Source of the DNA: an uncultured Candidatus Saccharibacteria bacterium
GTDB lineage: Bacteria; Patescibacteriota; Andersenbacteria; UBA10190
NCBI GenBank assembly: GCA_964610055.1
Contig: CAZSUC010000002.1
Span: 18,283 to 82,282 of the forward strand
DNA: 64,000 nt
Direction of reading: 5' to 3'
Part shown: positions 49,171-58,574 of the stretch, one piece after another
Layout: every line of letters begins with the position of its first letter
Position numbering within the stretch: the first letter of the stretch is position 1
The notes under the pieces: model-generated
The model's database searches: none
Told to the model about the DNA's origin: nothing
What the model saw: the letters and a program-made list of their open reading frames with translations, nothing else
Position numbers and translations under genes: made by a program

Positions 49171-51057
49171 ATGGCAGTGAATCTATTAAAAGTTGGAGAC
49201 AGGTTGATTGGCTCGGGGAAGCCGACGTTTGTAATTGCTGAGGCGGGAATTAACCATAATGGCAGCGTGGAGCGAGCCAAGGATTTAATTGACGCTGCAG
49301 CGACGGCGGGGGCGGACGCGGTTAAATTTCAGAAACGATCACTAAAAGATGTCTATCAAAAAGAAATTTTAGACAATCCCAATAAAGCAGAGCAGCGTTA
49401 TCAGGTTTATATTCCTTTATTAAAGGAGTTTGAGTTTTCAGACGAAGTGTTTTTGGAACTGGAAAAATATGCTCAGCAAAAAGGGATTATGTTTTTGGTG
49501 AATCCATGGGATAAACCCAGTGCGGACAAGATAGAGACGCAACTACATGTTCCAGTGTATAAAGTTGGGTCACCGGATTTAACAAACGATGAACTTCTGG
49601 AATATTTAGCTGCGTTTGGAAAACCAATGATTTTATCGACCGGCATGAGTAGTGCTGACGAGATTGATCATGCGGTAACATTATTGAAGCGCAAAAGAAT
49701 TGATTTTGCGCTTTTGCATTGTAATAGCACTTACCCGGCTCCGTTTGATGAAATTAATTTAAGATTTATGGAAGAATTGGCACGGTACGGGGTGCCGGTG
49801 GGGTATTCGGGGCATGAACGAGGGATAGCTGTTTCAATTGGCGCAGTAGCGCGAGGAGCTTGTATTATTGAGCGACATCTGACGGTTGATAAGGATTTAG
49901 AAGGACCGGATCATAAGGCCAGTCTAACACCGGAAGAATTTCAACAAATGGTTATGGGGATACATGAGGTGGAGCGAGCGGTTGGAGTAAGAGAGAAGAA
50001 ACTGTCTCGCGCGGAAGTAATGAATCGGGAATTATTAGGAAAAAGTATTGTCGCAGCGAAGTTTATTCCGGATGGAGCGATCATTACGCGAGCAATGTTA
50101 ACAACTCGTTCGCCGGCGAAGGGATTATCTCCACAGATGATGGATAAGATTGTGGGTTCGGCGGCACAGCGAGATATTTTTGAAGGAGATGCTTTAACTG
50201 AAGACGATTTAACCGGAACAAATTTTGAGCAAGAGTTTGAGACAGGAGGGATCAAGTGGCAATGGGGCCCGGTGGTGAGATTTAGTGATTTTGAACAGTA
50301 TCTGCGCTATCAGCCAAATTTATTTGAGTTCCATTTAAGTGATAAGGATTTAGAAGAGGACTTGCCGCAAGGAAAATGGAAGCAGCAATTAGTAGTGCAT
50401 GCTCCGGAATATATGAAACGAACATATCTAAATCCAGCAGCAGTTAATAGAGATGAGCGCAAAATAGCGATTAAGACTTTACAAAAGACAATTGAATTAG
50501 CGCGGAAATTAGGAGAGTCATTTGAGGGAGTGCCTAAGATTGTGATTCATCCAGGCGGGATTACTTTAAAACCGTATGATAACAAAAAGGAGCTGCTGGA
50601 TTTATTTAAAGATACTTTAAGTAAGTTGCCGAGCGATGGAGTCGAAATTTTACCGGAAAATTTGCCGCCACGAGCATGGGTCTTCGGAGGAGAGTGGGTA
50701 ACAAATATTTGGATGTTATCCGATGAGATTGAGAATTTTCTACAGGAGACAGGGTATAAGATGACTTTAGATACTTCTCATTTGGCTTTAGCTTGTAATG
50801 TTTATGGTCGGTCATTAAAAGATGAAATTAAAAGATTAAAACCATATATAAGGCACCTGCATGTGTCTGATGCGTCTGGTGTTGGTGATGAAGGTTTGCA
50901 GATTGGACAAGGAGACGTAAATTGGCAAGAAATTTTACAAATACTGGATGATTATAAAGAGACGATGGTGCCAGAGATTTGGCAAGGGCATTTGCATGGC
51001 GGAAGAGGATTTTTGCAAGCAATGCAACATTTAAAGACGTGGTGGAAGAAAGATTAA
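49171..51057 (+). CDS. NeuB-family nonulosonic acid (sialic/pseudaminic/legionaminic acid-type) synthase fused to xylose-isomerase-like TIM-barrel domain
   Basis: N-terminal FVIAEAGINHNGS ... AGADAVKFQ NeuB core and SAF domain (aa ~290-360), then ~270-aa C-terminal domain with VVHAPEY, IVIHPGG, LDTSHL, HLHVSD motifs of sugar-phosphate isomerase/epimerase TIM barrels. Confidence 0.75.
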   Translation: MAVNLLKVGDRLIGSGKPTFVIAEAGINHNGSVERAKDLIDAAATAGADAVKFQKRSLKDVYQKEILDNPNKAEQRYQVYIPLLKEFEFSDEVFLELEKYAQQKGIMFLVNPWDKPSADKIETQLHVPVYKVGSPDLTNDELLEYLAAFGKPMILSTGMSSADEIDHAVTLLKRKRIDFALLHCNSTYPAPFDEINLRFMEELARYGVPVGYSGHERGIAVSIGAVARGACIIERHLTVDKDLEGPDHKASLTPEEFQQMVMGIHEVERAVGVREKKLSRAEVMNRELLGKSIVAAKFIPDGAIITRAMLTTRSPAKGLSPQMMDKIVGSAAQRDIFEGDALTEDDLTGTNFEQEFETGGIKWQWGPVVRFSDFEQYLRYQPNLFEFHLSDKDLEEDLPQGKWKQQLVVHAPEYMKRTYLNPAAVNRDERKIAIKTLQKTIELARKLGESFEGVPKIVIHPGGITLKPYDNKKELLDLFKDTLSKLPSDGVEILPENLPPRAWVFGGEWVTNIWMLSDEIENFLQETGYKMTLDTSHLALACNVYGRSLKDEIKRLKPYIRHLHVSDASGVGDEGLQIGQGDVNWQEILQILDDYKETMVPEIWQGHLHGGRGFLQAMQHLKTWWKKD

Positions 51058-51097
51058 GGGGTTTGCAGACATTAATATTTGTAATTATCCTGGAATC

Positions 51098-51889
51098 ATG
51101 TTTAGACTAGAAAAATTTTATGCACAGGGGTTTGATCCGCAACTGTATTGGGATGATAAATACGCTAAAGAACACATTGCGGGGAAGAGTAGTGATGAAT
51201 TTAAGAAACAAGGATTTTGGCCATTATTAGAGAGTGTCTTAGAAAAAGGGAAACTGTATTTGGATGCAGGATGTGGAATTGGTGGCTGGATATTGTTTTT
51301 GAAAGAGCAAGGATATAACGTTGAAGGAATTGATATTGCGGCGCGGACAGTACGAGCATTAACAGAGTATGATCAAGAATTAAAAGTAAAAGTTGCGAGT
51401 ATTACTCGGATTCCATATGCTGATGAAACTTTAGATGGTTTGTTAGCGATTGGTACGTTGGAATATGTAGATGGAAAAGTGCCAGACGCATTGACTGAAA
51501 TTAAGCGAGTCTTAAAACCAGGAGGAGTGTTATTTGCGGAAGTGCCTATTGTGAATGGGGTGCGTAAGTGGTTATATCTTCCGCTGAAAAGAGTTGAGGG
51601 ATGGGTGCGTCGTCGACAAGGTAGGAAAGCCGTGTTTTCTAATTATTTATTTGATGTAGCTGCATTGCGTCAGAGTTTGGAAGAAGTTGGGTTTAAGGTA
51701 GAAAAGGTGCAGCCACATGAATTACCAGGAGCGAATAATCATTATGGACTATATATTGATTTTCCGTTTTTGCGTGGTAAAAATCCATATCAACTAAATT
51801 TGTTGGGGAGAGTGGTAAAGTGGATTGCAAATTCAATTTCACCGTGGGTTGCTTCAACAGGGGCGATATTTGTAGCGTACAAACAATAA
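51098..51889 (+). CDS. class I SAM-dependent methyltransferase
   Basis: motif I LDAGCGIGGW and VLKPGGVLF post-I region. Confidence 0.75.
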   Translation: MFRLEKFYAQGFDPQLYWDDKYAKEHIAGKSSDEFKKQGFWPLLESVLEKGKLYLDAGCGIGGWILFLKEQGYNVEGIDIAARTVRALTEYDQELKVKVASITRIPYADETLDGLLAIGTLEYVDGKVPDALTEIKRVLKPGGVLFAEVPIVNGVRKWLYLPLKRVEGWVRRRQGRKAVFSNYLFDVAALRQSLEEVGFKVEKVQPHELPGANNHYGLYIDFPFLRGKNPYQLNLLGRVVKWIANSISPWVASTGAIFVAYKQ

Positions 51890-51892
51890 GAT

Positions 51893-52327
51893 ATGTTTAG
51901 TTGGGTGATACCGGGCAAGAAGTGGCGTTGGTTTTTATTTGCTGCAGCGTTAGCGGGATTGATAATTTCTGGGTATTTGCTTCAAGCTTACGTGTCAAAT
52001 CGTCCAGTGATTTGCGGCCAGAGTGGTGGATGTGAAGTGGTGCGATTAAGTCGTTACGCGGCTTGGTATGGAGTGCCAACGCCTGCTTTAGGAGCGTTGT
52101 TTTATTTAAGTTTGGCAGGAGCGGCAGCATTAATGCCAATGGCCTGGAGCAAGGGAAAAATACTATTGATGCTAATGACGGCGGCTGGTATAGCTGTATC
52201 AGCCGGTTTGTCTTATATAGAGGCATTTGTATTGCACAGTTGGTGCCGGTGGTGCATTGGGAGTGCAGTCGTATCAGTCTTGACATTTATGCTTACATGG
52301 GTTATACTACCAGACTATGACAAGTGA
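51893..52327 (+). CDS. vitamin K epoxide reductase (VKOR) family protein
   Basis: 4 TM helices, loop Cys pair CGQSGGC and TM CXXC (CRWC). Confidence 0.65.
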   Translation: MFSWVIPGKKWRWFLFAAALAGLIISGYLLQAYVSNRPVICGQSGGCEVVRLSRYAAWYGVPTPALGALFYLSLAGAAALMPMAWSKGKILLMLMTAAGIAVSAGLSYIEAFVLHSWCRWCIGSAVVSVLTFMLTWVILPDYDK

Positions 52328-52961
52328 GACGAAAGGCATGTTAGGAATGCTGGTGATAACAGTCGCCATTATTGGTTTAGGAGCTTGGTGGGCGCATTGG
52401 AGCGATAATGGCCAAATTACCGGGGAAGTAGCGGGTGACGTTAATTTGTTATCGCGTTCACAAGAGGTAAATAATGAAGAGGTTGATATGCCAGTGACAT
52501 TGGTTGAATTTAGTGACTTTGAATGTCCAGCGTGTGCGTTATTACACGAACCGTTGCAAGAAGTAGTGAACACTAACGCAGATAAAGTTAATTTTATATT
52601 TCGTCAATTTCCGTTATCATCGCATGAATTTGCTGCGTTGGCTGCTCAGGCTTCTTTAGCTGCGCAGGCGCAAGGAAAAATGTGGGAATATAATGATATC
52701 TTGTTTAATAACCAAGAGGCTTTAGACAAGGACAGTTTAATAAAATATGCAGACCAGTTGGGACTGGATGTCGAAGTTTTTCGTAAAGCGTTAGACGAAG
52801 GGACATATACGGATGTGGTGCGGCAAGATGTGCAAGACGGATATGAATTAGGTTTGCAGGGGACACCAACGTTGTATGTGAATGGAGTGCAGTATATCGG
52901 ACCGTATACCGTGGATGGATTGCAGGCTGCGATTGATGAGGCGTTCGAGCAAGCGCGATAA
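52317..52961 (+). CDS. DsbA-like thiol:disulfide oxidoreductase
   Basis: N-terminal TM anchor, CPAC active site, adjacent to VKOR gene (overlapping start). Confidence 0.7.
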   Translation: MTSETKGMLGMLVITVAIIGLGAWWAHWSDNGQITGEVAGDVNLLSRSQEVNNEEVDMPVTLVEFSDFECPACALLHEPLQEVVNTNADKVNFIFRQFPLSSHEFAALAAQASLAAQAQGKMWEYNDILFNNQEALDKDSLIKYADQLGLDVEVFRKALDEGTYTDVVRQDVQDGYELGLQGTPTLYVNGVQYIGPYTVDGLQAAIDEAFEQAR

Positions 52962-52970
52962 TCTTAACTC

Positions 52971-53756
52971 GTGTATAACAGTATGCAAAAAGATTTTTCT
53001 TTAGAGGGGAAAACAATTTTAATTACTGGAGGAGCGGGATTTTTGGGTAAATATTTTACAGAGTCTTTAGCGGCAGCGGGCGGGCGCGTGGTGATAGCGG
53101 ATAAAGATGAGGCGGCTGCGATGGAAAGAGCAAAACAATTAGGAGCAGAACATATAGGAGTGAAGATTGATGTAACGAAGAAGGCTAGTATCGAGGCGGT
53201 TTTTGAGCAGATTGGGACTGTCGATGTGGTTGTGAATAACGCAGCGATTGATCCTAAGTTTGATCAACAAGCAGCAAAAAACGATCAATTATTTGAAAAT
53301 TACCCGGAAGAATTATTGGCTTTAAGCGTGAATGTTAATTTATTAGGGTATGTACGGGTGGCACAAGTGGCGGTGAAAAGAATGTTGGCGCAGGGTGGTG
53401 GTAATATTATTAATATTTCTTCGATTTATGGCATGAGCGGACCGGATCAAAGCATATATCCGGAAGGAACGCAGAAGCCAGTAGATTACGCGGTTACTAA
53501 AGGGGGTGTAGTAATGTTAACGAAGTGGTTGGCGACTACATATGGAAGGAATGGTATTCGAGCTAATACTTTGTCGTTAGGCGGAGTATTAAAAGGTCAT
53601 GACGATGATTTTGTGAAAAAATATGGTCAGCATAACGCCTTCGGACGCATGATGGATCCAGCGGAGGTGGGGGCGCCGTTAGTGTTTTTAGCGTCTCAAG
53701 CGTCACGTGGAATGACCGGGCAGATGGTTTGTGTTGACGGAGGTTGGAAAGTTTAG
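52971..53756 (+). CDS. short-chain dehydrogenase/reductase (SDR) family oxidoreductase
   Basis: TGGAGFLG Rossmann motif, NNAA, catalytic YxxxK (YAVTK). Confidence 0.8.
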   Translation: MYNSMQKDFSLEGKTILITGGAGFLGKYFTESLAAAGGRVVIADKDEAAAMERAKQLGAEHIGVKIDVTKKASIEAVFEQIGTVDVVVNNAAIDPKFDQQAAKNDQLFENYPEELLALSVNVNLLGYVRVAQVAVKRMLAQGGGNIINISSIYGMSGPDQSIYPEGTQKPVDYAVTKGGVVMLTKWLATTYGRNGIRANTLSLGGVLKGHDDDFVKKYGQHNAFGRMMDPAEVGAPLVFLASQASRGMTGQMVCVDGGWKV

Positions 53757-54694
53757 AGAGCTGGCCACCGGGAGGGATCAACTTGATCAGGATCAGTGAG
53801 TCCGAGAGAATTTAGTTTAGTTATAATGGCGGGTGGCAAGGATTCATACTGAACAGCGGCAATGGCGGTTTCGAGATGCTTGGGTTTGATAGTACCAATT
53901 AGGATAGTCGAGACAGCTGGATGAGAGGCTACAAAACGGAAAGCTAATTCAGGCAGGGTAATGCCAAGGTCATGGGCAATCTGAGCGGCTTGATCGGCAG
54001 CGTGGTTAAGAGGGTCAAGCTGAGCCGGTAAGGCAGAGCGTTTATCGGTTAATACTCCTTTGAGTAAGACAGAACGATTGATGATGCCGACGTTATTGGC
54101 TAACGCGGTAGACAAGACACGAGGTGCCATGCGTTGGTCTAAGATACTATAGGCAGTTTGAATAGTATGATAGTGTCCGGATTGAATAGCGGCGAGAGGA
54201 ATATCTTCGCCGCGAGTGGCAACGCCAAGGTATTTGATTTTGCCTTCACTTTGGAGGGATAGCATGATCTCGGTTAATTCAGGCAAATGAGCATAATCTG
54301 GTAGCTCTAGATGCAATTGTACAAGAGTAAGAGTGTCTAGTTTGAGCAAACGGCGGCTTTCATCAATTTCAGCGCGAATGCGTTGGGCAAGATCAGTGCC
54401 AGTGAGATCTGGTTCTTGTTTTAAGAATTGACCGCATTTAGTACCAATGGTGATGCCAGGGGTAGTACTGATGCCAAATTTGCCGAGACGTTCTTCAGCG
54501 AGACCATAAGCCCGGGCGGTGTCGAAATAGGTAATACCTAAATCAAGGGCTGATTTGAGAATATGCTCGGCTTCTTGATCGGTGGGAAGGCCTTTATTCG
54601 CAATGCCATAAGGCAGACCAATTTCAACGGTGCCAAGACCGATGCGGGAGATTGAAAGCCCGGTTTGGCCTAAAGTAGAGACAGGGATAGACAT
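53753..54694 (-). CDS. aldo/keto reductase family oxidoreductase
   Basis: N-terminal LGQTGLSISRIGLGT AKR motif, ~313 aa. Confidence 0.8.
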   Translation of the reverse strand: MSIPVSTLGQTGLSISRIGLGTVEIGLPYGIANKGLPTDQEAEHILKSALDLGITYFDTARAYGLAEERLGKFGISTTPGITIGTKCGQFLKQEPDLTGTDLAQRIRAEIDESRRLLKLDTLTLVQLHLELPDYAHLPELTEIMLSLQSEGKIKYLGVATRGEDIPLAAIQSGHYHTIQTAYSILDQRMAPRVLSTALANNVGIINRSVLLKGVLTDKRSALPAQLDPLNHAADQAAQIAHDLGITLPELAFRFVASHPAVSTILIGTIKPKHLETAIAAVQYESLPPAIITKLNSLGLTDPDQVDPSRWPAL

Positions 54695-54731
54695 AACTTT
54701 ATGCTAAGACATAGTGTGCTACACTGCCAAC

Positions 54732-55865
54732 ATGGATTATGGAGCTAAAAGCGTAACGGAACATAAAAAAACCGGCGGAAAGATTGAAATTAAGAGTAAA
54801 ATGCCGGTCACAAATCGAGAAGAACTGTCAATTGCCTATACCCCCGGAGTAGCGGCAGTAAGTGCGGCGATACGAGATAATCCAGTAGAAGCGCGTGAAC
54901 TAATTGCAACGAAAAAAATGGTAGCAGTGGTCACAAACGGGACGGCAGTATTGGGACTAGGTAATATCGGGCCAGTGGCTGCTTTGCCGGTGATGGAAGG
55001 GAAGGCCGTATTATTTAAAGAGATGGCTGGGATTGATGCTTTCCCGATAGCAGTACAGGCTGACAGTGCGGAGGAGTTTGTAAAAATTGTCGCAGGATTT
55101 GCGCCTACTTTTGGAGGAATCAATTTAGAGGATATTGCGGCACCGGAGTGTTTCGAGATTGAACAGAGGCTACAGGAAATGATTGACATTCCGGTTTTTC
55201 ATGATGATCAGCATGGTACAGCGATTGTAGTGTTGGCGGGACTGATCAATGCTTTGAAAGTTGTGGCTAAGAATAAAACTGAAATTCGAGTGGTGGTCAG
55301 CGGAGTAGGGGCGGCTGGTACGGCGATTATTAAATTATTAGCTGCTTATGGTATTCGGCAGATTGTAGCGTGTGACAGTATGGGAGTAGTTTATGCTGGA
55401 CGCGAAGGGATGAACGCAGCGAAAGATAATTTATTGGAAATGATAAGTGCGGAAACAAGAGCCAGAAGTATGTCAGAAGCTTTAATAGATGCAGATGTGT
55501 TTATTGGTGTGTCGGCACCAAATATCTTAACAGCAGAAGAGGTTAAAAAAATGAATGAGAAGGCGATTGTTTTTGCTTTAGCTAATCCTGTTCCAGAGAT
55601 CATGCCGGAAGAGGCAAAAGCAGGAGGAGCGATGATTATAGGCACTGGCAGATCCGATTATCCAAACCAACTCAATAATGTATTAGCATTTCCGGGAGTA
55701 TTTAAAGGTTTATTGGAATCCGGAGCAAAAATAGTAACCAATGAAATGAAAATTAAGGCAGCGGAAGCTTTGGCGAATGTTGTGACTAAGCCGAGTGTAG
55801 AGGAAATTATTCCGACGCCTTTTGATGAGCGAGTGTTACCAGCGGTAAGCGAAGCGGTGAAATAA
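54732..55865 (+). CDS. NAD(P)-dependent malic enzyme
   Basis: LSIAYTPGVAAV and GTAVLGLGNIGP motifs; start set to ATG 54732 (track ORF begins at upstream GTG 54714). Confidence 0.85.
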   Translation: MDYGAKSVTEHKKTGGKIEIKSKMPVTNREELSIAYTPGVAAVSAAIRDNPVEARELIATKKMVAVVTNGTAVLGLGNIGPVAALPVMEGKAVLFKEMAGIDAFPIAVQADSAEEFVKIVAGFAPTFGGINLEDIAAPECFEIEQRLQEMIDIPVFHDDQHGTAIVVLAGLINALKVVAKNKTEIRVVVSGVGAAGTAIIKLLAAYGIRQIVACDSMGVVYAGREGMNAAKDNLLEMISAETRARSMSEALIDADVFIGVSAPNILTAEEVKKMNEKAIVFALANPVPEIMPEEAKAGGAMIIGTGRSDYPNQLNNVLAFPGVFKGLLESGAKIVTNEMKIKAAEALANVVTKPSVEEIIPTPFDERVLPAVSEAVK

Positions 55866-55884
55866 AGAAGTGGGAGTAAGAGAA

Positions 55885-55912
55885 ACGGCTTCACTGATGA
55901 GAGTGAAGCCGT
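55885..55912 (+). other. perfect 11-bp hairpin ACGGCTTCACT-GATGAG-AGTGAAGCCGT
   Basis: 19 nt after malic-enzyme stop; no U-tract; possible terminator or stability element. Confidence 0.3.
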
Positions 55913-55966
55913 GAGCGGAGAAAGGTCGCACTGGTTAGTTTGTCAGGCCGAGGATGTAATATTAAG

Positions 55967-55995
55967 TTGACTAGATATACATATTGTTACATAAT
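55967..55995 (+). promoter_or_regulatory. sigma70-like promoter TTGACT-N17-CATAAT
   Basis: good -35/-10 with 17-nt spacer, ~60 nt upstream of ATG 56055. Confidence 0.45.
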
Positions 55996-56000
55996 ATATA

Positions 56001-56021
56001 GTTACGTTGTTGTGACGTAAC
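56001..56021. promoter_or_regulatory. inverted repeat GTTACGT-N7-ACGTAAC at predicted transcript start
   Basis: perfect 7-bp arms immediately downstream of the -10; operator or 5'-UTR hairpin candidate. Confidence 0.4.
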
Positions 56022-56054
56022 TTGAACATTGAAAACAGATTGCGAGGAGAGAAG

Positions 56055-56534
56055 ATGGCTGTTGTGCTGGTGTTGATTTATGCGATTTTTATGAGCACCT
56101 GGTGGGTGTTGATGAAATCTCTGATGAACAAGGGAGTACCGAATAATTTGATTAGAGCAGTATCTGGCATGGGAGCCGGTACATTGGTTATGTGGTCATG
56201 GTGGCAGGGGGAGGTAGAAAAAATTCCGTGGCAATTTTGGCCATGGTTTGCCGGGACTGTTAGCCTGAATGTTGCAATTGCTTTTGCTTACGTGAAAGCA
56301 ATGCAGAAAGAGGTGGCTTCAGTAGCAGTGCATGTCACGATGCTGGCTCCGATTTTAGCGATTGTTACGAGCTGGCTGCTAGGCGTTGATCATTGGCCGA
56401 GTAGTCTGACTTTAACTGGAATTACGGCGATAGCCAGCGGATTGTACGTTTTGCATTTCAATCCGCGAATGCACCAGAAGTTTCTTGATCCCCTAAGACG
56501 GCCGGATGCGCTATCCCAATTGATAAGCGGTTAG
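56055..56534 (+). CDS. half-size DMT/EamA-like membrane protein (5 TM), first of a pair
   Basis: start set to ATG 56055 after SD GAGGAG; five hydrophobic helices then hydrophilic tail. Confidence 0.5.
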   Translation: MAVVLVLIYAIFMSTWWVLMKSLMNKGVPNNLIRAVSGMGAGTLVMWSWWQGEVEKIPWQFWPWFAGTVSLNVAIAFAYVKAMQKEVASVAVHVTMLAPILAIVTSWLLGVDHWPSSLTLTGITAIASGLYVLHFNPRMHQKFLDPLRRPDALSQLISG

Positions 56535-56899
56535 TGCTGATGACGAGTCCTACTTTGGCACCGGGAATGACATTGCTTCTTTCGTGGGGCGGTGTATACG
56601 CACTGCTTTCTTGGTGGAATCGATCTGAGTTCGGAGCAATATCTTGGCGTAAAGTATGGCTGCCGTTAGTAACTATGGGATTGGCGTTTGGTTTAGCGCA
56701 AGTTTTTCAGGGAGCTGCGTATTACTGGCAAGATGCGGCAGCGGTCGCCTCTCTCAAGCGTTTGGATGCGCCATTTACAGTGCTCTGGGCATGGATATTT
56801 TTTCGAGACACTGAAGCTGAGAACGGAAGCTTTTGCTTTCGAATCACAGGAAGCATGATCGTGTTTGTAGGGGCATTGTTGATTGGCCTCGGAAAGTAA
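56534..56899 (+). CDS. half-size DMT/EamA-like membrane protein (4 TM), second of a pair
   Basis: GTG start overlapping previous stop by 1 nt (ATG at 56540); could alternatively be the 3' half of a frameshifted single DMT gene. Confidence 0.5.
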   Translation: MLMTSPTLAPGMTLLLSWGGVYALLSWWNRSEFGAISWRKVWLPLVTMGLAFGLAQVFQGAAYYWQDAAAVASLKRLDAPFTVLWAWIFFRDTEAENGSFCFRITGSMIVFVGALLIGLGK

Positions 56900-56956
56900 G
56901 TTAGGAGTTTGTTTGTTCCAACAGCTAGCAGGATGCTAGCTGTTTTCTTTAGATGA

Positions 56957-57427
56957 CTAAACAATTAATAGTGCTGTGTTTATTTTAACGACTATTTTAG
57001 AGAGGGGAGCGGGATGTATTGGAGTGATTTTGGGCATGTGCGCTTCGCCCGGGAAAAAGATGGCAAACATGCCAGGGTTAAGAGTGAGAGATGGGGCTGA
57101 AGCAGGCGCGGAAAAAAGTGTGTAATCTTGTGTGGGATTGGACTCGGTTTGATGAGCGGTTAATTCTTGGACCGGAAGCCATTCAATGATTTCTTGGCCA
57201 GCGAGGCAATAATGAAGATCGATGTATTGGTGGTGAGATTCAAAGGAACATTGAGTACGAGGAAGCGTTTTAGTCTGGATGACGTTAGCATAAATATCGT
57301 GGTTGCGAATAGGGTATTCTCCGGGGTCGAGTGGGTGATAGTCTTTGAGCCAATTGAAAATTTCTATCCAAGTAGGCGAGCTGAGGATAAGATAGGTTTG
57401 AGGGTGATTGATATAGCTGATTAACAT
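56957..57427 (-). CDS. YhcH/YjgK/YiaL (DUF386) family protein
   Basis: FESHHQYIDLHYCLAGQE matches the family H..YIDIQ..L.GEE core. Confidence 0.6.
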   Translation of the reverse strand: MLISYINHPQTYLILSSPTWIEIFNWLKDYHPLDPGEYPIRNHDIYANVIQTKTLPRTQCSFESHHQYIDLHYCLAGQEIIEWLPVQELTAHQTESNPTQDYTLFSAPASAPSLTLNPGMFAIFFPGEAHMPKITPIHPAPLSKIVVKINTALLIV

Positions 57428-57465
57428 AGGTTAAATTAGAAGAAGCTAATATTTTTACTATATAT

Positions 57466-58281
57466 ATGAATCAAGAATTACGTAATCCAAAACGAGAACC
57501 AGTTGAAGTTGTGGCGTTAATTCCGGCGCGGGGTGGACAGCAAAGTGTGCCGTATAAAAATTTGCAGAAATTGGGTGGCAAGACTTTATTACAATGGGCG
57601 GTTGAGGTGGCGTTGGCAGCGGACAGTGTTGATGCGGTGATTGTTTCAACGGAAGATGAGCGGATTGCGGCAGAGGCGCGAGCGTTAGGGGCGATAGTGG
57701 CGCCGCGTCCGGCCGAATATTCGCAACCAACAAGCGGAGATGCTGGTTTTTATCAACACGCGGTAAAATGGATGGAGAGTGAGTATAGTTGGAAGCCGGA
57801 ATTTTTAGTTAATTTGCGTCCGACGAGTCCATTGCGTTTCGTGGAAGATGTTAACAAGATGGTGAAATACATAAAGGAGTCCGGAGCGGATGGAGTGAAG
57901 AGTGTTATTCCGGCACCGATTCATCCGTACAAGATGTGGCAATTTGCGAATGAAAACAATCTGTCAGTTGGAGAGGCGGGAGCTTTGAAACCGGTGTTTG
58001 ATAATGATTTTCGGCGAGAGAATGGTCCAGATCAACCACGGCAGAAGATTCAGGAAATGTTTCCGGTGTATTTTCAAGACGGGCAGGTTGATATTACGCG
58101 GCGTAAATTTATATTACGACCGGAGACGTTGGAACGGGAAAATGTATGGGGTCAAAATATTCATGGTTATGTGCTGGATCCACGAACCAGTACTGATTTA
58201 GACAACCCAGAAGATTATATTCGCGCCGAGAAAATTTATGCCATGTTAACAGAAGAACGGAGTCAGGATAAAACGAGATAA
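57466..58281 (+). CDS. acylneuraminate (nonulosonic acid) cytidylyltransferase, CTP_transf_3 family
   Basis: ALIPARGGQQSVPYKN, GKTLLQW, VIVSTEDERIA match NeuA/PseF/LegF-type CMP-sugar synthetases. Confidence 0.8.
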   Translation: MNQELRNPKREPVEVVALIPARGGQQSVPYKNLQKLGGKTLLQWAVEVALAADSVDAVIVSTEDERIAAEARALGAIVAPRPAEYSQPTSGDAGFYQHAVKWMESEYSWKPEFLVNLRPTSPLRFVEDVNKMVKYIKESGADGVKSVIPAPIHPYKMWQFANENNLSVGEAGALKPVFDNDFRRENGPDQPRQKIQEMFPVYFQDGQVDITRRKFILRPETLERENVWGQNIHGYVLDPRTSTDLDNPEDYIRAEKIYAMLTEERSQDKTR

Positions 58282-58295
58282 GCGAAGTAATTGGT

Positions 58296-58574
58296 ATGGT
58301 TAAAATTGACGTAAAAATTATTACTGAAGATCCGTGGGAATTTGACGTGTCTTTGCATGAAGATGGATCGTTATTAGGTGAATATGTAGTGCATATGACA
58401 GCCGAAGATTATGAACATTACGGCGTGGAAGCCGATCCAAGTGAACTAATTGAAGGGACATTTAAGTTTTTATTAGATCGAGAAGACGTGCACATGATTC
58501 TGGCGGAGTTTAGTTTACCCGAAGTAGAAAAATATTTTCCGGAATATCCGGATATGGTGCCGGACTATTTATGA
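58296..58574 (+). CDS. hypothetical small acidic protein
   Basis: 92-aa ORF, Asp/Glu-rich, no motif. Confidence 0.4.
   Translation: MVKIDVKIITEDPWEFDVSLHEDGSLLGEYVVHMTAEDYEHYGVEADPSELIEGTFKFLLDREDVHMILAEFSLPEVEKYFPEYPDMVPDYL

Noticed and set aside
55885-55925. Hammerhead-ribozyme-like CUGAUGAG motif followed by GAAA
   Set aside because: The CUGAUGAG bases are consumed by a perfect 11-bp hairpin (CT in the stem, GATGAG as the loop). No stem II/III arrangement with the required G-C closing pair and UH cleavage site can be drawn. Treated as a simple hairpin.
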